Shown: positions 49,479-63,905, counted from the stretch's first letter. The stretch: 64,000 nt of DNA from Azolla caroliniana (GCA_043228905.1 JBHGNT010000017.1:7316001-7380000); one strand, 5' to 3'. Numbers and translations: made by a program. Notes: generated from the sequence alone by a model not told the origin.

Positions 49479-51855
49479 CCTATATAAAGGCTCAGTTACA
49501 ATGTAAAACTTTGATGGACAATTAATATAAGCTTCTTGTTTTATCTTCACGTATTGATTATCGTTCTGTATTAATTGTTATATCTTACGCGTGTATTAAG
49601 TTAATGCCATATTGCTAAGTAGCCAATTAAGTCTGATTAATTGTTTTGTCTTAAGTTATCTCGCCGTAACACCCCTTTGGTGAAGTGTTTTCCGTAGACA
49701 CCCTGTGTTAGGCCATTGTTCGGCCCTAAGGATTAACACGTATCGGTGTCGACTTCCGCTGCCTTCTCGTCCACTTGGCCTTTAGTTGATCTGGCTCCTC
49801 TGAATCAAATTGTTGAACCGAATCGGCTTCCTCTGATTCATTCAATCTCTTGTCAGAATCGGTTTCCTCCTATTCGTTCTGACTCTTGTCTGAGTTGGTA
49901 GTCTCGACCTCGTCTTCCGTTTTCAGGCCCTTCACCACATTGGACCACGTCCGGGTCTTGGTCTTCTTCCGGTTGACTCTGTCCTTCTTGACTCTACCGC
50001 CGCTGCCGCTTGCTCCAACTTGTTTGAATGTCTTGACTCCTTTGGTTGGCTTGACTTCCTTTTTCTGCTCATCTCCCCCCTTTTTTCTTTCTTCCTCTCC
50101 GGCTCCTTGTCTGGTGCCATCCGTTCTCCCCTTCAAGTGTGACAAGTCGAGATGCTATAGACCAAGCATCTCCAAAAAGTGTTGCAACTTGTCTGATCCA
50201 AGTGGGTTGGTGAAGATGTTAGCAACTTGCCGATCCATATGAACATACCGAAGCTCAACTTTACCACTCAGAACCCACTCACGCACAAAGTGATAGTGCA
50301 CTTCTATGTGCTTTTATTGAGCATGGAAGACGGGGTTCTTGGCGAGCTGTATGCTGCTTACGTTGTCGCAGTAGATTAGGATCAACGTTGGTACCTAGAT
50401 CCGAAGGTCTCGCAATAGTCCGCGAAGCCAGATGGCTTCACAAGTGGCAATGGTAGCACCCCGGTATTCAGCCTCAATGCTTGATAGGACCACTGTTGGC
50501 TGCTTTTTTCTGCTCCATGCAACAGCCGCGTTACGAAGAGAAAACATGTGATCGGAGGTGGATCGGCGATCCGATGCATCACCAACCCAATCGACATTGG
50601 TATATCCGACTAGCTTCTGAGCTATATCGTGTTAGTATAACAGTCCCCGGTCCTTCATGCCACTCACATATCGCAATAGTCTATGCGCGCACTGAAGGTG
50701 CTCCACGGTCGACTTTTACATAAACTAGCTCATCACTCTCACCGGATAACTGATGTCGGTCGGGTGATTGTGAAGTAGATAAGGCTTCCAACAATTTGTT
50801 GGAACCGTTTCTCATTGCAAGCCAGTCTGGAGTGGGGACATAGCTTCAGGTTCCAGTCTAGGGGTGTGGAGATTGGTCGACATTCCATCATGCCAAACTT
50901 GTACAACATATTCAACACATAATGGTGTTGTGAGAGCAATATGCCATCGGGGGTCCGGATCACCTCGATTCCAAGAAAATAATGAAGGTCCCCTAGGTCC
51001 TTCATTTCAAAAACATCTGATAACTGGGACTTCACACGACCGATTTCATCTAGTCCGGGTCCGGTGATGACTAGATCATCTACATATAGTAGGATACAAA
51101 CCGGACCGTCGAGACCTTTCTAGATGAATAGTGAAGAGTCGGACTTTGAGGCCACAAACCCCATCTTATGCAACCGGTGCGTGATTTCCGCATTCCAAGC
51201 TCGGGGGGCTAGCGTCAGACCATAAAGTGACTTTTTGAGTCAGTAGACCATCGACCTATTCAGCTCCTAATGAAAACCAGGGGGTTGGATCATATAGACC
51301 CATTCTTCAAGCTCACCTTGAAGAAACACCATCCCCTTGCCACAGAAACAGCCAATACAACACATACCATCGTCGTCTTCGCTATCGGAGTGAAGGTCTC
51401 ATCGTAGTCGATTCCGTGGATCTGTGCGTATCCCTTCGCCACCAACCAGGCCTTGTACCGATTGACCGAACCGTCGCCATTGTACTTTACCTTGTACACC
51501 GACTTGCAGCCAATCGGTTTACATTGTCGGGGAGGGTTGACCAGGTCCCAAGTGTCGTTGGCATCGAGTGCTCGCATTTCTTCTTCCATAGGAGCATGCT
51601 AATTTGCCTCTTTCGCTACTTTTGCGTAGCTCTCTGGCTCACGCACTTCCGCCACCTTGGTCATGTACACATAATGATGCACTATGTACTCATTGTATCC
51701 ATACCGTGTTACGGGGTTCTTTTGGCGGGTTGACCGGCGCAATTTTCCGTTAGCCGATTTGAGACCCTTCTTGGCCGGTTCGAACTTCGTTTCCGAAGAT
51801 CCGACCTCGTTCAGTCCGGAGTCAAAATCACTCCGATCTGACTCTTCGCTGCCGG

Positions 51856-52320
51856 TGTTACTGTACGAGATGTACGGGTGATTGATAAGTGAGGGTGAAA
51901 GATGTAATATATGTGTAATCTTATACGATTATGAGTGTGAGTGTGGTGGATACAAAGAGGTGTGAGTGAGTGACTAGGTGTGAATGACCAAGGGGCTTGC
52001 ACCCTTGTGTATCTACCCTTTTGTACCTATTTAACCCTTTATGGGGAATGAATAAATGAATAACCATTTCTCTCTCAATCTCTCTCTCTCTCTTGTCATC
52101 TCTTTCTCCCCCTCTCTCTTCCCTTTAACGTTGAACCCCTTGGGAGGGGGGTGGAGCCATTCTAGGCACCACCCCACACCCTGCAATGCTTCTCTACATG
52201 ACCTCTGTCACCATCGTACTCTCCATCACCATGTCTATCTTCGTTAATCTACCATGATTGTTAACCCTATTCCTATCTTTATCATTATCATCATTAACCC
52301 TAACCCTAAAACGTATAACA
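51856..52320 (-). mobile_element. Solo LTR inside D, related to the LTR at 62220-62562
   Basis: TGTTA..TAACA ends and near-TSD GCCGG/ACCGG. Shares gcctagaatggct..ccctcccaagggg with 62240-62275 in reverse orientation. Confidence 0.82.
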
Positions 52321-55300
52321 ACCGGTGTCGTATTCTGGCATCTTCTTCTTCTCCTTCTCTATGCGCGAACCGTCTCCTCGGCTCCTTGCATGGGAAGAGC
52401 ACAACAGAGTCTCCACTACTCTCCGGTTCTTCATCCGACTAGTCATTCCGACTCAGCCGCTCATTCGGGCCATTTAATTGGAATGAGATCAGACTCTCAT
52501 CTAGAGTATCAAATTCTTCATCTTCTACCTGAACCTCTCCGGGTTCGCTAGCCTCATCCTCCGAAATCGGGTCTTTGTCGGGAGTTGGAGTTGGTAAAGA
52601 GTACCATGATGCCGACTCATCAAACTCGACATCTCGACTTACTCATACCTGTTTAGTTCGAGGGTTATAACACTTATACCCCTTCTGTTCATGCGAGTAG
52701 TTGACGAGTATATACTTCTCCGACTTCAGATCCAACTTTCTCCACTTCTCATCCAGTACATGCACATATGCTATGTTACCGAATATCCGCAGGTGTCTCA
52801 AATTCGGCTTCCGCTCGAAATATAGCTCATATGCTGACACCTTATCTCCGATCCAGTTTTGGATGTAGACGATCGTCCTAACCGCCTTAGCCCAGTAGAA
52901 GTTGGGCATGCTTTTCTCCTCTAGCATTGCCCTTGATGTGTCGACAATCAACCAGTTCTTTCTCTCAGCCACACTGTTTTGTCCTGGTGTGTATCGGAAG
53001 CTGAATTCTCTCCGAATTCCTTTTTGCTGCAGATAACTGTTGAATTTGCCGGAAAAGTATCCTTTTCTGCCATCCGACCGCAGGCACTTGATCTTTCTTT
53101 CTGTTTCCCTCTTGACTAGGCTTTGTAGATTCTGGAAACAGTCGAAGTCTTCACTTTTCCTCAATGAGGTAGATCCATGTGTGCCGGTTGTAGTTGTCGA
53201 TGAAGGAGACGAAATGCCGACTCCCGCCAAGACTAACGTTCTGTGCCGGTCCCCATACATTCGAATGGATTAAGTTGAGCTTGTTACGGATCCGGTTTCG
53301 TTCGATGGGGAATGGAGGCCGATGTTGCTTCCCAAGTTGGCAGGCTAAACATATTTGGGCCTTCTGACCACTGAATTTCGGCAACCCGAGAACAACCTAT
53401 TTCGATTGCAGGTCATGAAGCCTCCGGTAGTTTACGTGGCCTATCCGCTTGTGCCAGAGATAGATGCCCGATTCAATCTTCTGTCCTTGGCAAACAGGGT
53501 AGTGCCAACGTCGTTGGTGTCAAGGATGAACATCCTCCCATCTCTGCGTCCTTGCGCAATTATCCGACCTTCTTCCTCGATGAAGCACCTGAGGTGCGTA
53601 AACCGCACCTGCATTCCTTGGTTGACGATTTGTCCGACCGACACCAGGTTCTTTGTGATTGTCGGAACGTGTAGTACGTTCATCAACTTTCTCTTTTGTC
53701 AAACATAGCTTAAGGGGACTTCTCCAACATGCACAATCGGGTGAGGGGTGTCGTCTTCGGTTTCGAAGATTCCCAGTTGTTCCGGTTTCTCCAAAAACGA
53801 GAACCACTCTTCGTGGCTCGTCATGTGGTTTGATGCTCCGGAATCAACATATCATACTTCCTCCAATTTGGAAGTAGTCTTCTTCATCGGGTTAGCCTTG
53901 TGCTTCATCACAAAGGTTGGCCCCTTTCCGGTTTTCCCGGTTCCGGATCCTTCCGATCCATCTACGTAGTATGAGCTTTACTAGTTTCCCTGTCCGGCCT
54001 TGCCGGATCCAAATTTGTCCGAATCGGTGAGCTTCTTCCAGATCTCGCTTTCTCTATGGCCTTTCTTGCCACAATACCAACATTCTGTATCGGCCTTCCC
54101 TTGCCCGTTTCTAGCACCGTTTTGACTCCCCCTACTCATGGAGGGTCACAAATATCCTTCATTTTGGTGGTGTACTCTGTAATCGACATATCTCTTTGCC
54201 AAATGTTGTTCAGCTCTTGCCGGAGTTGCAACTTACGGGTTGTGGTACTTGTGGAGAAAATCTTCTGAAGATTTTCCCAGGCCTCCTTCGGCGTTTTTGC
54301 ATCCTTGATGTAACCGAGCATCTGCTCGTGTGCATAGAATGCGAGGAAAGTCAACACTCTGCTCACTCCTTGTTCCCATGTCGGGAAGTCCTTGTGTGCC
54401 GGCTCCGGTGCTACATTGTTCGTTTGTTCCACATAGCTCCAGTAACAATGCCGTAGTAGGTACTAGTGCATTCTATATGACTAGGATGCACAATTGCTCC
54501 AATCGAGCTTTCTTGTGGGAAGTGAACTTGCCATACCTCTGTCCATCTCGGTTCTCTTCTGTTCTTGACAGGGTGTTAGGGTTTGTCTTCGGAAGTGTTT
54601 GTCGACTGTAGAGATTCTCGACCCTCGTGCTCTGATACCATGTGAAAGTTAATATGTGGAAGTGTATGAGAGATCGGCTCAGCTGGATACCAACAAAACG
54701 TAGAGAGAAGAAGGTTTAACAGAGAATGCATGGGAGAGACAGAGAGAGCAGAACATAAAACTCAATTTAAAATGATAATACTCTATTTACATAGAATGTG
54801 CTCAGAGAGCACTTTTATACAAGTCCATAAAGGACTAACAGAAGTACTGACAGGTACTTCAATTCTCATACGAGCGACTAGCACTAACTCCCAAAACTAT
54901 GCCTACGTACTAGCCTAGATCTCTAGGCCACTAACGGCCTGCCGGTTTCAATTCGATACAGCTCTCCGATCCGGCTCCTGGTTTTGGATACCATCCGGAC
55001 ACCAATCCGGCTCTCCGTACTGGATACCGATCTGGCTCTGGCTTATTCAGCTGATCTAGATCCGGTTGAGCTTGCTCACTCAACAATACTTATATGAATG
55101 GAGGACTATTTACAAATATGGCCATGATAGGCACTCTAGAAACATATTTACAAATATGTCCCTGGATCCAATTCACACCGGATACCTTCAGATCCGTCCG
55201 GTCCGGTTCCTTCGGCTCGTCCGTCATCCGGATCCCATCCAGAGGGACCGAATTCCCAACAAACTCCCCCTTCACTCCGGCATGGGATGTCTTGTTAATC

Positions 55301-55606
55301 TGATCCGTCTCTTGCACATGTCATCCAGTTTGTCGACTGACAACACCTTGGTTAGCATGTCCGACCCATTCTCCTTCATATGGATCTTCGTTAGCAAGAA
55401 CTCTTTATCTTCTACCTTCTCCCGGAACCAATGATATCTTCTCTGGATGTGTTTGGTCCGAGAATGGTTGGTTGCGTTCTTCGCAAGGTGGATGACACTT
55501 TGACTGTCGCAGTGGAGCCGAAATTCCTCTTGTCAGATCCCTAACTCTCCGATTAAGTCCTTCATCCAGATTACCTCCTTACCAGCTTCTACAGCCGCCA
55601 TGTACT

Positions 55607-58600
55607 TGTTGGCATAAAAGGCTGACTCCGTCCAAGTGTGAACTCGACAATAAGTTAGGGCTTAGTATATAAGCGAATACCTAACATTGTAATGAGTGAC
55701 GAAAAAAAGACGATTGTAATCTCTGAGAGAAAAAAACGCGTTGTGCAGAAATAAGAAGCTTTTCATTAAAGCTTGCAACTGTGTAAGTCTAAATCTGCCT
55801 TCTCTATCTTCTGTGTGTATGTTGTTTGTTGTTCATAGCCGTAGGATCCGAACACACACTTCTGCATAATTGTCGACATTAACCAACAATTGGTATCGGA
55901 GCTGTGTTCTGCTGTGTGGCGGCAACAAATAACAGAAGAAGAAGCTGAAAGAAAAGACCAATTCAAAAACATCAAATCCACAGAAAGAATATGGCTTCAA
56001 CATCCAGAATAGGAGTTGAAATTAGAAAGTTCGATGGCAAAAACTTTGCCCTTTGGAAAGAGATGATGCAGGATGTGCTGATTATCCGAAGACAGGTCGA
56101 AGCCATTCGGCATAACGAAAAGCCTACTTCGATGATAGCAGAAGAGTGAAGATCAATGGATGAAATAGCACGCTCCACCATCCGAATGCATCTGGCTGAA
56201 AATGGCTATTTCAACATGGCAAAAGAGACGACAACGTTCTCATTGTGGGAGAAATTACAGGCCGTATATGCGAAGAAGTCTTCATCTTAAAAACTTATCT
56301 TGATGAAACAATTGTTCAACATAAAGATGAAAGAGACCGATCTGGCAACCTCCCACATCAACACCTTCAGTCGGGTGTTGTTAGAACTCTCGTGCCAAGG
56401 GATCAACTTCGAGGAAGAAGTGAAAGCCCTTGCCCTCCTATCGAGCTTGTAGGTGAGTTGGAAGGTATTCTGTACGACATACGCCAATAACTGACCGATC
56501 CTGAATTTGGAGGAAATAACCGGCCAAGTCCTCACAAAGGACATTAGGCGAAAATTGATGGGACTATCCATCGATGAGTCGGCAGAAGCCCACCACTCGA
56601 CCGAAAGACCAAGCCGACATAACCGATCGACGATGTAGTCGATCAAGAACGAGGGGAGACCGACATCGGTCGAAGTCGAAAATGGGCCGAACAAGCGAGT
56701 ACTGCACAAACTGTAGGAAAGCTAGCTAGAATATTTCCGATTGCTGATCGATAAAAAGAAAAGAGACTGGTCAATGATCCGAACGGAATTGGGGACGTTC
56801 CGACTCGGACCACTCTCCAGTCGGCAACCAGATCAATGTTGCCGACACCCGATCTGGAGAAATCCTCTCCCTAGAGTACTTGATGATCGGAGAAGTCCTC
56901 TACAGTGCACAAGTTGCACATACATGGTTACTGGACTCCGGTGCCACATTTCACGTGACCCCAAGTATCGAATGGTTCTCGAACTATTCACCTCACGCCA
57001 GTGGCATAGTCCGACTAGGAAATGGGTAGGAGTGCAAGATTGCAGGAACTGGAGAAGTTCCCATCAGATTGCCAAACGGAAACACAATAACCCTGCACCA
57101 AGTTCAGCACGTACCCGATCTGAAGAGGCTTCTGGTCTCCATCGACATGTTAGCCGAAGACCGGTACAGAACGACTCTACATGAGTCGACACGGGTGATC
57201 AGCCGGGGAAACCTAAACATCGGGAGTGGGTATAAGTACAAAAATCTTTACCCATTGATGGCGATCAACCCAAAGATGAAGCACTCAAGGTCTTCACTCG
57301 ATGGATATCTGAAGTGGAGAATCGGTCGGGACACAAAGTGAAGACACTCCGATCCGACAACGGAGGTGAGTACACCTCCAAATCCTTCAAACAGTACCTG
57401 TCCGAAAAAGGGATCCACCATCCAAAGATTGTTCCTTACACACCCATGCAAAATGGGGTGGCTGAACGGATCAACCGAAAAATCCAGGAGAGGGTGAAGG
57501 CAATGCTCCATCAAGCTGGACTGAGCCGGACTGAAGGTGGAATTTTGGGCCGAGTGTACCTGATAAATCTGGCGCCGTCAAGAGAAATCAAGCTCGAAGT
57601 GCCACATGCACTATGGTAAGGAAAACAACCGACTTACAATAGGCTCCGTATATTCGGATGCGAAGCCTATGCGTTCATCCCTAAGGAGAAAAGGACGAAG
57701 CTGACACCCCATGCAACGAAGTGCATATTTCTCGGTTATGGAACCAATGGAGATTTCGGCTACAGGCTATGGGGGGAAATTAATCCGGAGCAGTGACGTG
57801 TTGTGGAACCGAATAATACGGCACCCAGGAGATCTGGATGACCTCGAAGGCAAATAGAGTTTTATCAACCGGGCCTTCACTACGTCAACTACACGGATAC
57901 AAGTGAACCAAGCACGTATGAAGAAGCTATGGCCGCACCGGATGCCGAAACATGGCTACAAGCCATGAAATCCGAAATAGACTCGATTCATCAGAATCAG
58001 ACATGGGAGTTGGTCGAACTACCAGTAGGAAGAAAGCTGAGACCTTGCAAATGGGTATTCCGATACAAATATGTATCCGACTTAGAGAAACCCAAGTACA
58101 AAGTTGGACTTGTCACGAAAGGATTCAAACAAGAATATGGGGTCGACTACGATGAGATATTCTTACTAGTAGTCAAGATGACCACCCTCAGACTCCTACT
58201 AGGAGTCGTAGCGACAAAAGACCAAGAGCTCGAGCAGATGGACGTAAAGACGGCATTCCTACATGGAGATCTGGAAGAAGACATATACATGTCTCAACCG
58301 GCAGGCTTCACGACAATGGGGGAGGACAATCACCTCATATGTCGACTAAAGAAAAGTCTATATGGCCTAAAACAAGCGCCAAGAATGTGGTACCAAAAGT
58401 TTGACTCCTACATACGGAAGCTTGGATACAACAAATCAAACTCCGACCCATGCATGTATGTTCGGCAATTGGCCGATGAGTCCAGGATCTATCTGATCCT
58501 TTATGTCGAAGACATGCTGATTGCAGGGAGCAATCAAGCAGAGATCGGAAAGCTCAAGCGGAGCCTTCACGCAAAATTCACGATGAAGGAACTAGGACAA

Positions 58601-59963
58601 GCCCGACACATATTGAGCATGAGGATAGAGAGAAATCGGACGACCAGGACTCTCCAACTCTCCCAGTCCGACTACATCCGCAAGGTGCTGAAGCGCTTGA
58701 ACATGGAGAATGCAAAGCCAACACCAACATTGCTTCCGACGTCGATCAGACTATTGGGCAGAGACTCTCCTGCAACCAACAAGGAGAGAGAGCTTAATGG
58801 AAAGATACCCTACCCATCGGCAATAAGAAGTATCATGTACGCAATTGTGGCGACCCGACCCGACCTAGCCTATGCCGTAGGGGTGATCAGCCGGTACATG
58901 TCAAACCCAAGAAAGAAGCATTGGGAGGCCGTCAAGCACATCCTTAGGTATTGGAAAGGAACCATGGATGCACAGTTGACATTCGGTTCGACAACATCAA
59001 CCGAAGTCGAAGGCTACACCGATTCCGACTATGCCGGAAACACGGACAATCGGAAATCGACATCAGGCTACATATTCACCTACGGTGGCGGTGTGATATC
59101 ATGGAGGTCGAAACTTCAAGAGTGCACAGCTTTGTCTACCATAGAAGCCGAGTATATAGCAACATCAGAAGCAGCGAAGGAAGCGATCTAGCTACACCGA
59201 CTAACTACCGACTTCGGAATTGCAAACCGAATAGACCGACCATCTATTGCGACTCATAGATCGCAATACACCTCATCAACAACACTGTCTATCATGCGAA
59301 GACGAAGCATATTGAGGTGCGGTATCATCATATCCGGGAGCTCGTAACAGAGAATAAGCTTGAAGTCCGGAAGATCGACACCGAGGTGAGCATCGTCGAT
59401 TGCCTAACGAAGTTACTCCCAGATCAACGCTTTGGAACACTAAGGACGAAGATGGGACTACGACAAGCGACCGCAGAAGAAAGCCGAACGAGGAGCGGAA
59501 GGTAAGAGCTGATCGACACTCATACTATACCTTTTCCGACTCAGCTACTTGCCGACAGACATGTAATATAAAATCTAGTTAAATTTGTAATCTAGGTTTA
59601 TGGGGGAGATAACCCCAAACATTTGTAATTGTACAAAAGAGTAGTCCTTTTACGGGGGAGTTTGTTGGTATAAAAGGCCGACTCCTTCCACCTTGTATCT
59701 GTCCGAGTGTGAACTCGACAATAAGTTAGGGCTTAGTATATAAGAGAATACCTAACATTGTAATGAGTGATAAAAAAAAGACGATTGTAATCTCTGAGAG
59801 AGAGAAAACGCGTTGTGCAGAAATAAGAAGCTTTCCATTAAAGCTTGCAACTGTGTAAGTCTAAATTTGCCTTCTCTATCTTCTATGTGACATATGTTGT
59901 TTGATGTTCATCGCCATAAGATCCGAACACACACTTCCGCATAATTGTAGACATTAACCAACA
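55607..59963 (+). mobile_element. Ty1/copia element E (family of C) inserted in RNase H of X
   Basis: LTRs 55607-55888 and 59663-59963, near-TSD GTACT/ATACT, PBS tggtatcggagc, PPT acgggggag. A 420-aa RT/RNase H ORF lies at 57929-59191. Integrase N-terminus is deleted. Confidence 0.93.
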
Positions 59964-62219
59964 ATACTCTGCTTCCGTTTTCGACAATGCAATGGACTTT
60001 TGCAGCCTCGATTGCCACGATACGGCTCCCACTGCATATGTCATAACGTATCTGGATGTAGACCGGCTGGTATTTACATCAACCGATATATCTGAATCTG
60101 TGAATCCTTTGAGTTGGAGTTTACCTAAGCCGAATCGGAGGCACATAATCGAGGTGCTTTTCAGGTACCGGAGTATCCATTTGACTGCGGACTAGTGCTC
60201 TCTTCCCAGATTTCTCATGAACCGGCTGACCACTCCGACAACATATCCGATGTCCGGATAGGTACACACCATTGCGTACATCAAGCTTCCGAAGACAAAG
60301 CAATATGGTATCTCCATCATCTTCGACTTCTTTTCCTTTGTCTTCGGGCTCTGCTTCCCGGATAGCTTGCAGTTTGTTGGAAGTGTCGACCCGACCGACT
60401 TAGGTTCAGACATGCTAAACCTTTGAAGTACCATTGTCACGTATTTCTCCTATGATAGCCACGACTGTTTCATCGACCGGTCCCGGGCATCCCCAATATC
60501 TGTCTCACCGAACCTAGATCTTAAATTGAGAATGTCCGGTTGAAGGCCTTCTCTAGATGGATGATTTTGATCAGGTCCGGTCCAACGATCAACATGTCAT
60601 CCACATATAGCAGGAGTATCAGGAAGTGTCCTCCGTTGAAATTCTTCACAAATACATAGTGGTCGGCCTGCATCTTGTGGTATCCTTGATCGGTCATGAA
60701 GGAGTCGAACTTCCGGTACCATTGATGGGGAGCTTGCTTCAGTCTGTATAAGCTCTTCTTCAACCGGTATACCAGGTGCTCCTTCCCTTTCTTGAGAAAT
60801 CCCTCCCATTGTTGCATGTAGATCTCTTCTTTGAGGTCACCATGCAGGAACATCGTCTTGACATCTAAATGTTTCACCTTGAGGTCCATGCTTGGCACTA
60901 TCCTCAACACAATCCGGATGGTTGTTATCTTTAGTACCGGGGCAAAGATCTCATCGATATCCACTCCCGGTTGTCATCTTTAGTACCAAGGCTTTGTGTC
61001 TTGGTGGATTTCTAACATCTCCCGGTTTCAGCTTGTACACCCACTTGTTTCATAGTGCTCTCTTTCCTTTCGGCAGCTCCATCATTTCATATGTGTGGTT
61101 CTCATGTAGGGAATCAAATCTTGTCCTGCATGGCACTTAACCACTTGCGGTTGTGGGTATCTTTCTTTGCTTCTTCGAAGCTTTCCGGCTACCCCTCGTC
61201 AGTCAGCAACACATGCTCTCATCTAGAAAACTCTGGGGGCCTTTTCTCTCCCTGAGGGGATATTTTCTTCCTTGGTCTTCGGTCACCGGTTCCTCCGTTT
61301 GTTCTTCATCCGAATCTGATTTGGGGTCTTCTCCGGTTTTGGTGTCCAATTCTTCTTCTTCGGTTGATTCGGTTTCCGGTTCGAATCTGGCCAATTCTTC
61401 GAGTGTCATCCCACTTCCAGCCGGATGGGCCCTTGTATCTTCCGACTGATCTCTGTCGGTTGACCCAGTGTCTACTATCTTCTTCTTCCACTCCTTGTCG
61501 CCAATAGTCTTCTCTTTGATGAAGACTGTCTTGACTCCGGAACACCTTCTTGTCGACCAAGTTCCACACTCGCTAGTTGAACTCATCATCACCCTATCCA
61601 AAGAATATGGATAGCCGGAACTTCAGATCCAACTTTACTCTCTTGTACTTTGCAACGCACGCAAGACGGCCAAACACCTTTAGATGCCAGTAAGAGCCGT
61701 CTTTACCGGTCCATATTCTTTGTGGTGTGTCTCCATCCAAGGGCGCTGAGGGTGATCTATTAATCACGTACGTCACTGTCCTTAGCGCCTCAACCCAAAA
61801 CGTCTTGGGCAGCTTAGCATGTTGTGCTAACATACTCCGAACTCTCTCAATCACAGTCTGGGAAATTCGAGCCATATTCCCTTCGATCGGCAGTACTCCT
61901 CAAACTACCCCCTGTATTCTCCTCCGTTTTCTACTCGAACAGCCTTCAACTTCCGGCCAGTTTCCCTTTCCACTCTCATGTGGAAGTCCTTGAAAATGGA
62001 TAATACCTAGTCCTTCATCTTCAACGGTGAGACCCACAACTTCTGGTTGTGGTCGTCTATGAAAATCATGAACTACTACGATCTAGCTTGTGACGTCGTG
62101 TCCACTTGGCATACATCGCTATGCACAAGTTGTAGCGGTGCAGTCCGTCTCGTCGGTGGTCTCGACCGAAAAGAGGTTTGGTTTTGCTTGCCAACCAAAC
62201 AGGCGGTGCACTTCTCAAG

Positions 62220-62582
62220 TGTTGTTGGGGTGGGGGGTGAAGCCTAGAATGGCTTCTCCCCCCTCCCAAGGGGGTTACGATAAAGAGAGAGCTAGAGAGA
62301 AATACAAATAGAAAATGACACAAATGTGAGAGGGGAAAAATGTATATCCATTAGATGCCCCATAAGGGGTTTATATAATACATAATGTAACGGTAAATAA
62401 TAACCGTTACAAAAGAGACGACTGTTACACTCTTGTCACATGCACATAATTGTGAATGTGCTCACACATACTCATCCTCACACACTCATATACATATTAA
62501 ATATTACACACCACACCATACACATTACACCCTATCCATCCCATACACCTATACGGATAACACCTGGCACGCCTGTGGGACA
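62220..62582 (+). mobile_element. 5' LTR + PBS of a Tat/Ogre-like Ty3 element
   Basis: TGTTG..TAACA (62220-62562) followed by TGGCACGCCTGTGGGAC, which resembles the tRNA-Arg-type PBS of Tat/Ogre elements. Confidence 0.65.
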
Positions 62583-63122
62583 GTGCATTGCACATTCGAC
62601 CCACAAACCCATGTCGAGAAAAACTCTTGTTGACCATAACTCCATTGATCTTCTCTCAAGGTCGGAAATTCCTCGACCAGATTACTGCTCGACGATCGAT
62701 AACTTCGATCGGAGCCATCTTGACACGAACCTTCTCGTTCGGTCAGCATAATCGCACAATTGGATCGTACACCAATTGGTTCGTCCATTGCGACATGGGT
62801 AGTGAAAGCGTGTTGTGTGTATTTTCTGATTACATCATGTGGGTGAGTGTTTATATTTTACTCCCTTTGGTCTTTAAAATTTTGCCCTCTCTGTTTTCTT
62901 TTTTGACCCTTGAATTTTGAAAATTTCATATTATACCCTTGAGCTTTTACAATTTTATCTTTTGCCCTCCGGTTCCTAAAATTGTGATAATGCCCTTTTT
63001 GAAAAAAAATTCTCTGCCCCTTTCTCTTTTCTCTTTGTTTGATTTCTGAAATTTGTATTACAGCCTTTCAATTCTTACGGATGGTGGCAGCGGCGATTCG
63101 CATCTCCGCGATGAATATCTTT

Positions 63123-63234
63123 GCCTTTGTCACGATGCTTCTTAATTGTTGCCTTCCGGTAGGCTTTCTTCAACTCGTCTGTAGAAGCAGTCTTGGAAAC
63201 GCCAAGGACTTCATAGTACCTCGCGAATGAACAT
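63123..63234 (-). pseudogene. 5' fragment of a cytosolic type-I DnaJ/HSP40 gene (J-domain helices I-II)
   Basis: The minus strand gives ATGTTC, then after a frameshift [33 protein letters not shown] (compare plant J2/J3 KxYEILGVSK.[21 protein letters not shown]). HPD is changed to HRD and nothing follows. Confidence 0.82.
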
Positions 63235-63754
63235 TGTGCTGACGGGGATAATAGAGGGAGAAGACGACGGACTGAGGTTCCGGGATTCGGGAAAGTTAGG
63301 AAGACCTGATGGGATAGAATTTCAGACAGGGAACTGAAAACAGCCGGATCTAGTCTTCAAAACAAGAATCGAAAGATCATGGATTCAGAGATCAAGATGA
63401 AGGATTCCAGTTTGCTAGATGAAGACAACGGATTAGGGTATCGCAAAGGGAGACGACAGAATAGGAATTCGAAAGAGAAGACGGCCAAGGCAGGAGAGAT
63501 GACAGTGTAGAATTTGAAACAAAGGGAGGATGAATTAGGGTTTTGATCAGACACACAAGAGAGATGAGGATGGGGGTCATCACAAAGGGAATAGGAGGAG
63601 GCAACATGCTGAGCAAACCACTCTACGATGGGATGACCCATCATGGTGGATCTCTTATTTTTCTCGACCACTTTGCCATAGTTATGCTCTATAGCTTTCT
63701 CTAACACAAAGACAAAGAGACACATGTAGAGAGGGAGAGAGAGATTAGTGTTGG

Positions 63755-63905
63755 AGACCCCTACATTCCACAGTGGCATCTAGTGAATTAAGAGATATAT
63801 AAGAAGTATATAATAGAGAGGTGAGGAAGTTGGGTTTTGAACCCACAATGCAGTGCTTGTAGTGTTAACAACTTACCACTAGGGTAAAGTAATTACGATA
63901 AAAAA
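63755..63905 (-). repeat. tRNA-like/SINE-like repeat, copy of 130-295
   Basis: The minus strand reads tagtggtaag...gtgggttcaaaaccc, flanked by GA-rich sequence. Confidence 0.45.

Larger units (their letters stand above)
46234..49738 (+). mobile_element. Solo-LTR-like element (own sequence 46234-46410 + 49479-49738) inside D
   Basis: TGTTA..TAACA ends and perfect TSD CGTAT. TATA-like tatataaagg follows the nested insertion. Confidence 0.82.
45554..55085 (-). mobile_element. Ty1/copia element D (family of A/B) inserted in the LTR of X
   Basis: LTRs 45554-45984 and 54641-55085; iMet PBS 54629-54640. Gag to RNase H fragments 54450-50150. TSD is not clean. Confidence 0.9.
45238..62219 (-). mobile_element. 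Copia element X (Tork-like), split by nested insertions; 5' part not in window
   Basis: 3' LTR split into 45238-45553 and 55086-55261, then PPT. RNase H 55270-55606 resumes at 59964. RT 60192-61150 and integrase 61594-62219. Confidence 0.82.

Noticed and set aside
63123-63234. Functional DnaJ gene
   Set aside because: It has a frameshift after the start, HPD is mutated, and there are no downstream exons.
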